Assembly: GCF_006345805.1 (NCBI RefSeq)
Contig: NC_043005.1
Location: forward strand, 24,614,001-24,678,000
Length of the DNA stretch: 64,000 bases
Direction of reading: 5' to 3'
Source of the DNA: Octopus sinensis
Lineage: Eukaryota
Shown: in pieces, positions 26,367 to 39,420 of the stretch
How positions within the stretch are numbered: the first letter of the stretch is position 1
Layout of the letters: the number at the start of each line of letters is the position of its first letter
Made by a program: the position numbers and the translations under genes
The notes under the pieces: model-generated
Told to the model about the DNA's origin: nothing
The model's database searches: none
The model's input: the letters and a program-made list of their open reading frames with translations, nothing else

Positions 26367-26807
26367 ATATTTAAGAGATGAGGAATTATGTACATTATTT
26401 ATATTTGACAGATATTTGTCCTCATCTTGTTTGTTGTTAACACGTTTCAGCTGATATACCCTCCAGCCTTCATCAGGTGTCTTGGGGAAATTTTAAACCT
26501 GGGTTCTCATTCCTAAGGTATTTTTCAATGTTATTAATAATTAGTATTATCATTATTCAGATCACTGCCTGGAATTGAACTCGGTATCTTGGGGTTAGTA
26601 GCCCATGCTTTTAACCACTACACCCAGGCAGTGACCTGAATAATAATAATAATACTAATAATAACATTGAAAAATACCTTAGGAATGAGAACCCAGGTTT
26701 AAAATTTCTCCAAGACACCTGAAGAAGGCTAGAGGGTATATCAGCTGAAATGTTGTGTTAACAACAAACAAGATGAGGACAAATATGTCAAAATGTAAAT
26801 AATCTAA
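26367..26807 (-). mobile_element. tRNA-headed SINE-like element with hammerhead motif plus an inverted partial copy
   Basis: Minus copy runs from an A/B-box head (26624-26571) to 26367; the plus copy 26624-26803 mirrors it. accacagattt is duplicated at 26356-26366 and 26808-26818. Confidence 0.8.
26713..26759 (+). ncRNA. Minimal hammerhead motif, decayed
   Basis: AGACAC CUGAAGA A GGCU..AGCU GAAA UGUU^ GUGUU. Sister copies at 26439-26482 (-) and 40100-40146 (-) give consensus GAAACGUU^GUGUU. Confidence 0.55.
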
Positions 26808-29711
26808 ACCACAGATTTGCTTGTCAGTTGTTTGACCTTAATCAGTTGAGCATATCCCTTAGTGGATGACAATATGTGCATCTCTGATCACGAGCAGAAG
26901 TAGTGGGGCAGCATCATAGCCATGTGTTGAGAGGGATTCTTTGGGGTTTGAATAGTTCACCTCTGGAAACATGGGTGTTTCATTCAACATCCTTAAACAA
27001 CCCTTATTCAGGGACCTTTTGAGCGGGATGGGTTACTCAACCAGATGAAAATTCTAACTGGGCCCCACCTACAAGGTCATGTGCTGTTTATCTTGATATG
27101 AGATCACCATGTCGCACACATATGGTTGTGATACATGTGCCTAGTGTACCTTTATCAGATGGGTACACTGGGCTTCATATATTTTACACCAGTGTCACTT
27201 TGATGGTATGCACTCCTCTCTCACTCACTCAATAATAATAATAATAATAATAATAATGATAATAGCGGTAATGATAATATTTCTTACATGAGTGGGGGAG
27301 GGTATAAGGCACCTGGAGAAAGACCTAATGTAAAGTTGATAGTTGTTTTATCAACGTTGAAGGGATGAAAGGCAAATTCCATCTCAAGGAGGGACAACTA
27401 AATATTGTCCACATGATTACAGTAATGATAACGATGATGGCAGTAATCTTAATGATGATGATGACAGTGGGGCGGGGAGATGGTAATGATGATGAGAAGG
27501 GAGAGGAGGATGGAAAAGGATAAAGAGGACAGTATATAGGGATAATGATGACAGTGGTGATGATGTTGGTGGTGGTGGTGGCAGTGGCAGCAGTGGTGTG
27601 ATGACAATAATGGTGATGATGGTGGGGGGGGGCCACGGTGACTGTGATTATGGTGAGTCCTTAATGCTTTTTTAATCTTTCCTGCCAAATTGTTTCCTCT
27701 TCTGTAAAATACAATGCCTGGGGTTATCTTGGGAGGTGGGGGACCCATAATATGGTAGCCAAGCAACTAAGATGACAATGGGAGCAGGGGTGGGGCTGGG
27801 GCTGGTTTCTTAGCAACAGCAGATTGACTGGGTAGTAGTAGTAGTATAGTAGTAGTAGTAGTAGTAGTAGTAGCAGCAGCAGCAGTAATAGCAGCAGCAG
27901 AAGTAGCAGTAAAGGTAGTATTAGTGGCAGTAAAGGTAGCAGTAGCAGGAGTAGCAGTAAAGGTAGTAGTAGTAGTAGTAATAGCAGCAGAAGTGGCAGT
28001 AAAGGTAGTATTAGTGGCAGTAAAGGTAGCAGTAGTAACAGCAGCAGCAGCAGGAGTAGCAGTAGTAGTGATTGTGGTTTAGTTCCAAGTCAGCCTTAAC
28101 CTTTTCATTACTATATTTTTCTTTTGAAATACACTGACTTAATTTTAATTCGTCTTTTAAAAAAAAAATGAAGAATTTAGTAAATTAATTGTCATAATTA
28201 ATCTGGTGTTTTGGAGCCAAAATTAACAGGAAATTTTGATAGAAAGTTTTAATTTAGATAACTTCAAGCAGGGATGGTGCCAGGAAGGTTGGCATCAAAA
28301 GGGTTAATCCAATAGACTTAAGAATAAATGTGCTCCTGACATGACCACCCTATCTTTTATCAGACAAACTATATCTAGCACTACAGCTTCTAATTTGTTC
28401 TTTTAAGGAGATAGAATGGGATATGAAGGATATTTAACTGCTATTTCCAGAAAGGATGAAAAGTAGAGCTGGCCTCCATGTAATAGTGGTGGCGGTTTGA
28501 ATGTAAAGACCCTATATAAATACCACAAGGTATTCTGTCTGCTGCTTAAACACTTCTATTAAGTCACTAACATAATTAGCTGTCAATCATATTGTATAAA
28601 CAAGTCCTTCTTCACTAGAATAACATGCACTGGAGCTGCCATCCTGCCCATTTTCTTTCCACAGACCCCACTATCAATACCCAAAATTTGACACAAACAA
28701 AAACAAACAACTAATTTCACTCAATGCTTCCAGCATCCCAGGCTAGAAAGTGGGGTGGCTATGGGCTAGAACTGACAAGTGTAGACAAAGAGGAGAGGTG
28801 ATGGTGCAGTTAAAATGAAAACACCTATTGTAAATGCAAGGGGCCCTTAAGGGCTTGTAATTAACATTGATCCTATATTGTCATCTGGGTAGCCGAGAAA
28901 CAAATCTCAACCCTACTCCAGATGATCTGTTACCTATTTCTGACAAACATATAATCTACGGCCATATAAAATGAAATATATTGGCCTAATTATGGAATGA
29001 AAGTAATGCAAGGAATTTGGTATCAAGTGCTACAAGCTGATTGTCCAACCTAGAGCCAGTCTCAATAACATGGTCAAAGATTGTCTTAAAAAGGTTTAGG
29101 AAATATTTCCACCTGACTGGCTCCCATGCTGGTGGCATGTAAATAGCACCATTCAAGTGTGGTCAATGCCAGTACCACCTGGCTTGATCCCACATAAAAA
29201 GCACCATTTGAGCATGGTTGATGCCAGTACTGCCCCACTGGCTCCCATGCCAGTGGCACATAAAAAGTACCATTTGAGTGTGATCAATGCCAGTACTGCC
29301 TCACTGGCTCCTATGCCAGTGGCATGTAAAAAGTATAATTCGAGTGTGATCAATACTATAGTGTTGCCCAACTGGTCTTCGTGCCAGTGGCACATAAAAA
29401 GCACCCACTACACTCTTGGAGTGGTTAGCATTAGGAAGGGCACTCAGCTGTAGAAAGCTTGCCAGATCAGATTGGAGCCTGGTGAAGCCTCCTGGCTGGC
29501 CAGTCATCGATGAAACCATTCAACCCATACCAGCATGGAAAGTGGACGTTAAACAATGATGATGATGATTAGTTACAAATGCAAAGTGGATCTTACATTA
29601 CAGCACTGTAACATGGTTACAGTTACAAACACAACATTCCAGATGTATACAGGGAGTACTGCTCATACATGTGTAACAGTGGCTACTGTTACACACCCAG
29701 ACATTCTTTCC

Positions 29712-29742
<31 letters not shown>

Positions 29743-30560
29743 ATATATATAAGATTACTGCTCACCTAGATACATTTGTGATGCAGATACATACACACAT
29801 AAACACCCTACATTACATTCTCACCATCACCTAGATTTCAACTTGACCTCAAAAGAGTTCAGTTTAGCAAAGACCGAATCCTCAACATGCTATCATACAA
29901 CCATTGACTCACTTGGACACTGTTTCTTCCCTTTGCCTCTTCTGTTATATCAACCACTGCTCCTTGGGAATTAGCAAGCTATGTTCTACCTCCATGTGTC
30001 CTACCCAATTCATTCACTCTTCCCTACTTTTTCTCACTCCTCAAACACAGTAATTATTATTATCCATCAGATTCAGGCAGTGAGCTGGCAAAATTGTTAG
30101 AACACCAGGCAAAATGCTTAGCAGGATCTCATCTGCTGCTACCTTCTGATTTTGCTTTTCATCCTTTTGGGGTTAATAAATTAAGTACCAGTCAAGTACT
30201 GGGGTCTATGTAATCGACTCAAATCCTCCACCACCAAAATTGCTGCTCTTGTGGTAAAATTTGAAACCATTATTATCCATCAGATCCACAGTTCTCTGGA
30301 ATCCTCCTCCTTGTCTGCATGGGCATGAGCATGGTTGTGTGGTTAAGAAGACCACTTTGCAGCCATATGGTTTTGGGTTCAGTCCAGCGGTGCAGCATCT
30401 TGGTCAAGTGTCTTCTACTACATCCCCAGGCCAACACATGCCTTTCGAGAGAATTTGGTAGATGGAAACTGTCATGTGTGTGTGTTTGTACCCCACCCAA
30501 CACCCGAGAAAAGTGTTGGCTTGTTTTATCATCTCATAAAAGACATCAGTAAAAGACATC

Positions 30561-30755
30561 TAGCTGGTTAACACTGCACAGCTGCATCTGATATATTGTG
30601 AGCAGGGGAATCGAACCCCTACCACTAGCTGGTTAACACTGCACAGCTGCATCTGATATATTGTGAGCAGGGGAATCGAACCCCTACCACTAGCTGGTTA
30701 ACACTGCACAGCTGCATCTGATATATTGTGAGCAGGAGAATCGAAACCCTACCAC
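30561..30755. repeat. Three tandem copies of a 65 bp unit
   Basis: tagctggttaacactgcacagctgcatctgatatattgtgagcaggggaatcgaacccctaccac starts at 30561, about 30626 and 30691. Confidence 0.92.
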
Positions 30756-31107
30756 ATTCTAGTGACAGGACCAACACATAGTAATTCAAACAACTACCAT
30801 TATGGCAACTTATGGGTTCGGTAGGAGTTCAGTTTGCACTAACAGACTTGGTTCAGTGCACATTCGACATGGAATTAACACACCGTCCCTTACAACTTCT
30901 CAACGACTCCTACCAACCTCTTGTCGTTACTCTTTATAACAGTTTGGCTAGTCCATTCTTCCAACCTCCCCCACACCCACAGGGTGTCAATGACTCTTGC
31001 CACAACAGTTGCAGTCCAGTGGCTAAAACAAGTAAAAGGTTAAACAAACAACAAATGTCCAAGGTGAAAAGCTTCTCATCTAAGCCTCAACCAATTCACA
31101 CACACAC

Positions 31108-31815
31108 ACACAATCAGTGACCACAAGTGTCACACAATCAGTGACCACAAGTGTCACACAATCAGTGACCACAAGTGTCACACAATCAGTGACCACAAGT
31201 GTTACACAATCAGTGACCACAAGTGTCACACAATCAGTGACCACAAGTGTCACACAATCAGTGACCACAAGTGTCACACAATCAGTGACCACAAGTGTCA
31301 CACAATCAGTGACCACAAGTGTCACACAATCAGTGACCACAAGTGTACACAATCAGTGACCACAAGTGTCACACAATCAGTGACCACAAGTGTCACCAAT
31401 CAGTGACCACAAGTGTCACACAATCAGTGACCACAAGTGTCACACAATCAGTGACCACAAGTGTCACACAATCAGTGACCACAAGTGTCACACAATCAGT
31501 GACCACAAGTGTCACACAATCAGTGACCACAAGTGTCACACAATCAGTGACCACAAGTGTTACACAATCAGTGACCACAAGTGTCACACAATCAGTGACC
31601 ACAAGTGTCACACAATCAGTGACCACAAGTGTCACACAATCAGTGACCACAAGTGTCACACAATCAGTGACCACAAGTGTTACACAATCAGTGACACAAG
31701 AAGTATCACACAATCAGTGACACAAGTATCACACAGTGACCACAAGTATCACACAGTGACCACAAGTGTCACACAATCAGTGACACAAGTGTTACACAAC
31801 CGGTGACACAAGTAT
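31108..31815. repeat. 24 bp minisatellite, about 29 copies
   Basis: Unit cacaatcagtgaccacaagtgtca, near-identical copies decaying at the right end. Confidence 0.95.
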
Positions 31816-31909
31816 CACAGAATATGACACTTGTTGAGATGTACATTACTCAGTTGGAATTCTTTTTTTTTTGTCTCATGTGATTTTTCATTTTCTCTTT
31901 TATTTCCAG

Positions 31910-31993
31910 ACAACAGAAAACCCCGTAACACGCATAGATCCTAACCAAGCACCATCCAAAACCGTCTTCTCTTCATCAATTGAAATAAAATAA
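31910..31993 (+). CDS. Candidate terminal exon TTENPVTRIDPNQAPSKTVFSSSIEIK*
   Basis: Very strong polypyrimidine acceptor ttttctcttttatttccag; the phase 0 frame ends at TAA 31991-31993. It could instead be a UTR exon. Confidence 0.25.
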   Translation, partial: TTENPVTRIDPNQAPSKTVFSSSIEIK

Positions 31994-32290
31994 CCAACGC
32001 TAATTACCCATAATTGACACTGAAACAGTGCAGCAGAAATGTCAGCCAGAGGTTATGCTTTCATTGCTGTCGCTATAAATATGTTGCTGAAATATTGGTC
32101 AGCATTGAAGACATCGAAAACAAAAGTGAAAACCTTGAAGAACAGAAAGCAATACCAGTCCTTGATTAGATCGGATTTTTTGTCAGATCTTAAAACTTTT
32201 TCAGGAGGGGATAAAGTCACCAAGATATGAGAAAGATCTGATGACACAGAGAAATAGTTAATATATATATATTTAATATATATATGTCTG

Positions 32291-32407
<117 letters not shown>

Positions 32408-32809
32408 TCACATACACACACACACAGCTTAACAGTTTATAAAAAGGAGAAAAAGTGAGAGAGAAAGACAGAGAGAAACCTTGATTCCATTTTTGCTTCT
32501 TTCTCTTTCTTCCTCCCTACACTTTTCTCTGCTGCCTCTTTCTTTCGTTCTCCCTCTCTACTCTTCTTCTTCTATCTCCCTATCTACTTTCTTTCTTTCT
32601 CTTGTCTCTCCCTCTCTACCCTTTCTCCCACTAACTAAATTCAGCCGACTCCTCATTCTTCCTCTCTGCTCATTCACACACACAAATACTTCACATACTA
32701 TAACAACAGCTCTGATGTCTCTTACATTACAAACCAGTCGAAAGTATAAATAAGTAAAATAAATGCTTTTTTTTTCTTTTTTAAACTCCAGTGATAAATA
32801 GACTAAGTG

Positions 32810-32849
<40 letters not shown>

Positions 32850-32937
32850 TTATATATGGGAGTGGAGGTTACATATAAATGATTAGACAAACAAACAAAA
32901 AAAAAGCATATCAGAAAACAAACAAAAACATTTATAA

Positions 32938-32968
<31 letters not shown>

Positions 32969-33678
32969 AATTAATTATTGGCACAGGGCCTGAAATTTGT
33001 GGAGAAGGAGTAAGTCGATCACATCGACCCCAATACATAACTGGTACTTATTTGATCGACCCTGACATGATGAAAGGTAAAGTCGGCCCCAGCGGAATTT
33101 GAGCTCAGAATGTAACTACAGATGAAATACCGCTAAAGCATTTCATCCAGTGTGCTAACGATTCTGCCAGCTAAATTAGTACTTTCATTTGCCGTTAGGA
33201 CATAACCATACCTTCACCCTTATAGGAATTTTTCTTATATTTATTGATGATCTATAGATACATCATTATTAACGAGTTAAAAGTATTGATTGCTTACATA
33301 GGTACAGGGGTAAAATATTTCATTCATGCGAGGCTGTAATTGGACAGTACAAATGCAAAAAAATATTTAAATATTTAAAACCTGTTGATATCTAAGGTAA
33401 CAGGTAGTAACCCACTATCGACATAATTTCTATCAGGAATAAGACCGAACCTGAACCAAACCAAAATAAGAATAAGAATAATAAACTGCTTTATTGGGGG
33501 AAAATTAGGATTTTGAGATTGGTTCTTGGGTGTTGAGTGTCTTCTGTGGTAAGTTTACATCCAAGTACCAAAGCTTCTAACTTGTAGAAAGAGGCCCTGT
33601 GCAACCTGTGACAACAGGTTGTTGTCTGCTCTCACAGAATCGACCAGAGTAAGTAAGACCGAAAACACTGGGAAGTAA

Positions 33679-33710
<32 letters not shown>

Positions 33711-33901
33711 AAATCAAAGGCATTTCTTTCATTTGTTTTCTTTAAGAAACTGCTTTTACTCACTTAATTGTTTTAAAATATAAAAAACGTGGGTGAAGGC
33801 CAGGATTGAACTTGAGTACTTATATAGACTGGAGCCAATATCAAAAGCCATGAAGCAAAAAGGAAAAAACAACTGGAAAAGCACAAAGTTTAAATTTCCA
33901 G

Positions 33902-34389
33902 GACTGAACTTGATTTCCCCTCTGGAGATATTGGCTCATAGCAATATCAACTGCCGGAGATCAGGGCTGCACACGGCGCCATCAACCCGGGAGGGAAGTA
34001 CAGTCAGTGGAGGTGAAGATGGAGCCAAAAGTAACACCACCACCACCAACAACAACAACAACGACACCACCAACAAACGTGACAGAGCCAACAGTCGGTC
34101 GAAGGTGGGACATATTGTTAAAAAGACTTCAACTCTGCAAGATGAGTTGGCAATTGAGCGGAACAGTCAACAAAGTTCATTGAGCTGCATGGCTGCACAG
34201 CACCAATACTGCAGCATTGACAGTTTCTTACGTCTAAGAAGCTTCAGTGATGAGATAAATGTGGAAATGGAAAAGTTGAGTCATACAAGTCTACACAGCA
34301 GTTGTTCTGGTCAAAACACGGAGCACAGTTTTGTCAGTTTGGCCACCAGTCTCAGAAGTATTGAAAGCAGATTCTGGAAAATGCGAATG
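33902..34389 (+). CDS. Probable coding exon of an unidentified gene (Ser/Asn/Thr-rich, probably disordered)
   Basis: About 163 stop-free codons of non-repetitive sequence (GLNLISPLEIL...SRFWKMRM). Strong donor ATG|gtaagt at 34389; plausible acceptor aaatttccag at 33901. No family recognised. Confidence 0.65.
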
Positions 34390-36439
34390 GTAAGTCTGTA
34401 TTTGGATTTTCATCGTGTTCTTATAACATTATATTGCTTTGTTAGAATCTCAGTTTATATCAGCAGTTTCACCAAGAGAGAAATCTCAACACATCAAATT
34501 AGCTCATGTATAAATTGCAATTGTGTAATTGCATCTCCCTAATTTAGTGTTAAATCTTGGTACAAGGTTTGTCCCTTCAGAGTTTTAGCTTTACCTCAGA
34601 TATAAGCCTTACCTGTGTTCCAGTTAAAATCAATTATAGAATGTGACTTATACACAATACAGTTTATTACCAGCTGTGTAATACATAAAAATCTAGCCAT
34701 ACGGTCGCAGTTATTATTTATTTTCTCTTTTAGTGAGGAAGGCGACTAAAAAATGGTGGTGCCCATGATTCTCTAACAAGAAACCTAGGATGTAAATACA
34801 TGCTCCGAAGGCATACTTGATGCTAGATGGGGTGGAGGGTATTAAACCAAGGAGTAGATTAAGTCTACTACTCAAGTAAGATATGGTGAGATTTGAACTT
34901 AGAACATAAAGAGCAACAACAAATACTACAAGGTATCCAGTGAGGCTGTGAAAACAATACTGTCAATTCACAGTCTCGGATTGGTGGTTTCGTATTTACA
35001 CCAAAAGGACGAAAGGTAAGGTTGGCCATGGTGGGATATGAACTCAGAGTGCTGTCTTTGAACAAATACCACTAGGTATTTTATCTTTTCTAATCTAGGC
35101 ACAAGGCCCGAAATTTGCGGGAGGGGGACCAATCGATTAGATCGACCCCAGTACAGAATTGGTACTTAATTTATCGACCCCGAAAGGATGAAAGGCAAAG
35201 TCGACCTCAGCAGAATTTGAACTCAGAATGTAAAGACAGACAAAATACCACTAAGCATTTCGCTCAGCGTGCTAATGTTTCTACCAGGTCCTCTCGCCTT
35301 CCCCAGGTATTTTATCTGATGCACTAATGACTTTACGAATTTACCACAATCTTTATGATATGCTGCAAATTGATGCAGCATGTGCTCTGCCTATTAGCCT
35401 TTATTTGTTTCAGTCATTGGACTGTGGCCACACTGGAGTATTGTCTTGAAGAGTTTAGTAGAACAAGTTGACCCCAGGACTTATTTTTATGTCTGGTACT
35501 CATTCTATTAGTCTTTGCCACTGAACTGCTAAGTTATAGGGACATAAACAAACCAAGATTGATTGTCACTTGGTAGGGAGAGACAAACACAAACACACAC
35601 ACACATATATATACGATAGGGTTCCACATATATTTCATCTCCCAAATTCACTGACAAAGCAATGGCTAGAAGACACTTGCCCAAAACTGCCATGCAGTGG
35701 GACTTGAAAATGAAACCACATAGTTGCAAAGCAAGCTTCTTAACTACATGGCCATGCCTACACCTTTGTAGGACTTTTCCTAGATTGAATTTTTTTCCCC
35801 AAATGAAGGAAGAGGCAGAACCCTTAATGCTTTTCAGGGCCTTCCTCAAACTAGAGACCTGGCTTAAATACTTGCAACTGTGTAGATTCAACTAAAGGGG
35901 CCCAAGAATCAGGTGGCAATATTGATGTAGGCAACTGATTAAGTCTATTTGGTATAATCCTTTCTACTGGAAGCACAAGGCCTGAAAATTTGAGGGAGGG
36001 GACTAACCGATTACATCAACCCCAGTCTATAACTGGTACTTAATTTATCGACACTGAAAGGATGAAAGGCAAAGTCGACCTTGGTGGAATTTGAACTCAG
36101 CACGTACCAACGGGTGACATACCTGTAAGTATTTTGCCAGGCATGCTAATAATTCTGCCAGCTCACTGCCTTAAGTCTATTTGATATGATAATAAGTGTA
36201 CCATGAAGATCAACAAACCCCTACATACATCTGCTTGACTAGGGTCCACTTGGGGCTCAATAGCAACAACATCAATACCATTGACAACACTACTCTTACA
36301 AACAACAACAGAGGTAAAACTGAATCAATGAGGAGACTTTTATGTGGTCGCATGACCTGGTGACATGCCTCCAAGTTGTAGTCTCACCTCTCTAAAACTC
36401 TACATTTAAGATTAAAACAGGTTTTCACATACTCTTTGG

Positions 36440-36905
36440 TTGACGCAAATTTCTTCTGCTTGCGAGTTATCTTGTATCTCTACAAGGCCACCATTCAACC
36501 TTGCATTGAAAATTGCTGTCATCTTTGGTCTGACACTTTCTCTAAGTCTTGCTTAATCAAATTCAAAATCAAGTTGTTAAAATGGTGGGTTCTTTTCTTT
36601 CTACTAGGTCTTCAGCTTATTGTCAAAATGTATCTATGTTGTATCATTCTATGAATATTCACATGGTTTTGCTCTGATGAACTTTCTGGTCTAGTAACCT
36701 CTGTCATCTCCTTTAAACATGTCGCCTGCTTTTCTTCCCAGACACGTCATTTCTCTGTTGAGCTTCTTGTTTGTCATAAGTCCTTTTATTCCAATAGCTT
36801 CTTTCCTCAAACTGCTGCTCTCTGGAACACAGTACTATCATCTTGTGTTCCTCTGGTCTACGATATTCAGTTGTTTAAGCCTTCTTTCAATCACCATCTC
36901 TTAAA
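36440..36905 (+). mobile_element. Old CR1/L2/Jockey-group LINE 3' fragment
   Basis: LYLYKATIQPCIENCCHLW and ...TAALWNTVLSSCVPLVYDIQLFK resemble the LINE RT C-terminal motifs LYKSLIRP.LEYC and FFP.T..LWNSLP. Confidence 0.6.
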
Positions 36906-37668
36906 TTTATAAGCCCTTTATTTTTCTTCTTTGTAGCTCTCTTATATCCTTGGGGTTTGGATATAGACTACGCTGTAACATTGTTATAACACTACAAAAA
37001 CTAAATCCATAACAAGCACATAACAAACTTCTCTTCTCAATGACTGCCTTCACAAATGCGACTGCACACACCACACTGTTTGTCACACTGTCAGTACACA
37101 TGCACTTTTACAAGGTTCAGGACAGTTCACTAGCTATCCCACAGGGGTGTCGGGATTTCACCACAATAAGTTCCTTACACTGCAGTAGCATCAAGCCTTG
37201 TTTGAGACAAAATTGTTCAAAAAAAAAAAAAAGGCAGGGGGACATAACCAGTGGCCATTAATGTCCATAGCAGAATTCACTCCACTACAAGACTTCAAGC
37301 CAGATCTCTAGTTCCCCTCTTTCTCCCATCAGTTTTGAAGGACCCCCAAAAAATGGACATATACAATCCTTCCCTTTCCAATTATAACATTAAAAAACAA
37401 GAACAATCCAAGAGTCTATCTACTATATTTGGTATTTCAGATTGAAACATTTCACTCATGGTCAAAGTATGTCATTAGAATTTAACATAAACAACTATAC
37501 GGAATATTCAGTTTTGTCGAATATAATATTCAATTCAAGAATAAAAAATGCTATTGAAAGCTAATTTGAATAGTTAACTGTTCCAGAATATAAATATTCT
37601 ATGAAGTTGTCTAATGTTGTTTGAAATACCAAACTGAATATTAGCATAACTGGATATAGTGTGAGAGG

Positions 37669-37707
<39 letters not shown>

Positions 37708-37894
37708 GGGGAGGATAGAGATGGAGTAGAGAGAGATAGAGAGAGGAGAAAAAGATAGAGAAAAGGAAAGAAAGATGGATGGGGAAAGACAGATACATGC
37801 AGGGACAGCGCTGCCAAGCATTATGCTATTCTTATCAAATAAGCAGTTTCTGTTTTGTCCTCAGCATTTATGGAATTATGACAGATTTTTATAG

Positions 37895-38041
37895 AAGTTG
37901 ATGTCATATGTTTTTGTTTATTTCACTGATCCAAGAATGGATGATGCTGGCAGGAGAGACAGAATGACGGAGAAATGGGAAGAAGAAGTGGTAAAGGGTG
38001 ATTACAGGAGTCTGAGTCTTGCAAAAGAGATGACCAATGGA
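37895..38041 (+). CDS. Candidate downstream exon of the same plus-strand gene
   Basis: 147 nt, phase 0-0: KLMSYVFVYFTDPRMDDAGRRDRMTEKWEEEVVKGDYRSLSLAKEMTNG. Acceptor gatttttatag, donor GA|gtgagc. Phase is compatible with the 34389 donor. Confidence 0.4.
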
Positions 38042-38044
38042 GTG

Positions 38045-38086
<42 letters not shown>

Positions 38087-38879
38087 TATATACTATTTCT
38101 GTTCTACATAAATGCCTATAATATATATATATATATATATACATATATACACCATGTCTATTCTAAATACATATACATGTATATGTGTGTATGTGTGTGT
38201 TTATATATGTGTGTGTGTGTTTATGTGTGTGTGTGTGTGTGAATATATATGTTAATATATAGTTGAAAAATATCGTTACAGGTATAAATATACCATAAAC
38301 AAGTATAAAAAAATGGAGGAGAAAAAGATGTTGAATCAGAATTAGATCTAATACAAAATAGGATTCAATACATACGCACATTTCAATGGACAATGCAAAT
38401 ATGTAAGAAAAAAAATTATAATTAAATTTATGCATTGTCATTCTCATTAGTGTGGCATGGAATGTTAATATACATACATTATACATACAAATTATGGGGG
38501 TTTAGTTCACAGGTGATCTAAACAATCAGGTACACTAGGTAAGTGCTGTAACAGATTACTAGGGCTCCAAGATTATAGCCAAGGCGGTAGTTATGGAGCC
38601 ATTGCAGATTTCCGATGAGACAGATATATGATTGTTAAAGAGGACAGCAAATGTTAAGGCAAGGCAAACATCTCAAGTCTTATATATTATTATTATTGGA
38701 AAAAATTCTGAGATATCCCAGAAACTGCTGTAAGACTTTGAATCGTTTTCTAATAATAATAATGTATATGATTTGATATGTTTGCCTTGCCTTAACATTT
38801 GCTGTCCTCTTTAACAATTATACATTTTTATGTTTATTTATTTATTTTATCTAGTTTCAGCTCACGAGCTGTGGCCATG

Positions 38880-39420
38880 CTGGAGCACCGCCATTCGGTA
38901 TTGCTACATGATTTTACTTCACGAATGCATTTTAGCAATTGCCATTTGGTTCATGAGAGAGTTCGGTGCAGCTGCCCTCATCTGCCCCTCCTGCCGTGAA
39001 GTTGGTTCATCTGGGACACCTGGCAGGAAGAGATCCAGTTTTATTTTAAAGACATCTGTATCCACCCCATGCAGGTCTCTCAGGTCCTTCGGGAGGATAT
39101 TGAAGAGCTGTGGATCTCTGAAGCCCAGGCTATCACAGTATCTTGTCCTACATCTTGATGGCAAATTTGGAGTCCTTGGCACTATGCAGTGGCACCCAGT
39201 TCTAGTATTTGTGTAACTCTCGATGCCAAAGTTTGGGACAAGTCCTTCCAGGATCTTCCAGATGTATATTATGGCATATCTTTCTCGCCTACGCTCTAAG
39301 GAATAGAGTCTTAATCTCTTGAGTCTTTCCCAGTAGCTTATATGCTGCACAGAGGCTATCTTCATCATGTAGCTTCGTTGGATCACCTCAAGTTCTGTGA
39401 TTAACTTGACACTGGATGGT
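38880..39420 (-). mobile_element. CR1/L2-type LINE 3' fragment
   Basis: ORF 38919-39386: YWERLKRLRLYSLERRRERYAIIYIWKIL...PQLFNILPKDLR...FKIKLDLFL..VPDEP. Confidence 0.88.

Noticed and set aside
27325-28080. His-, Pro- and Ser-rich ORFs
   Set aside because: They come from (GAT/GGT/AGT/AGC)n simple repeats.
31080-31806. Mucin-like and His/Cys repeat ORFs
   Set aside because: They are produced by the 24 bp minisatellite, open on both strands and broken by indels.
37865-37894. In-frame TAG as an A-to-I recoded stop (UAG to UGG)
   Set aside because: The TAG is itself a good acceptor (gatttttatag) giving a clean phase 0 exon, which is simpler; I saw no pairing partner for editing.
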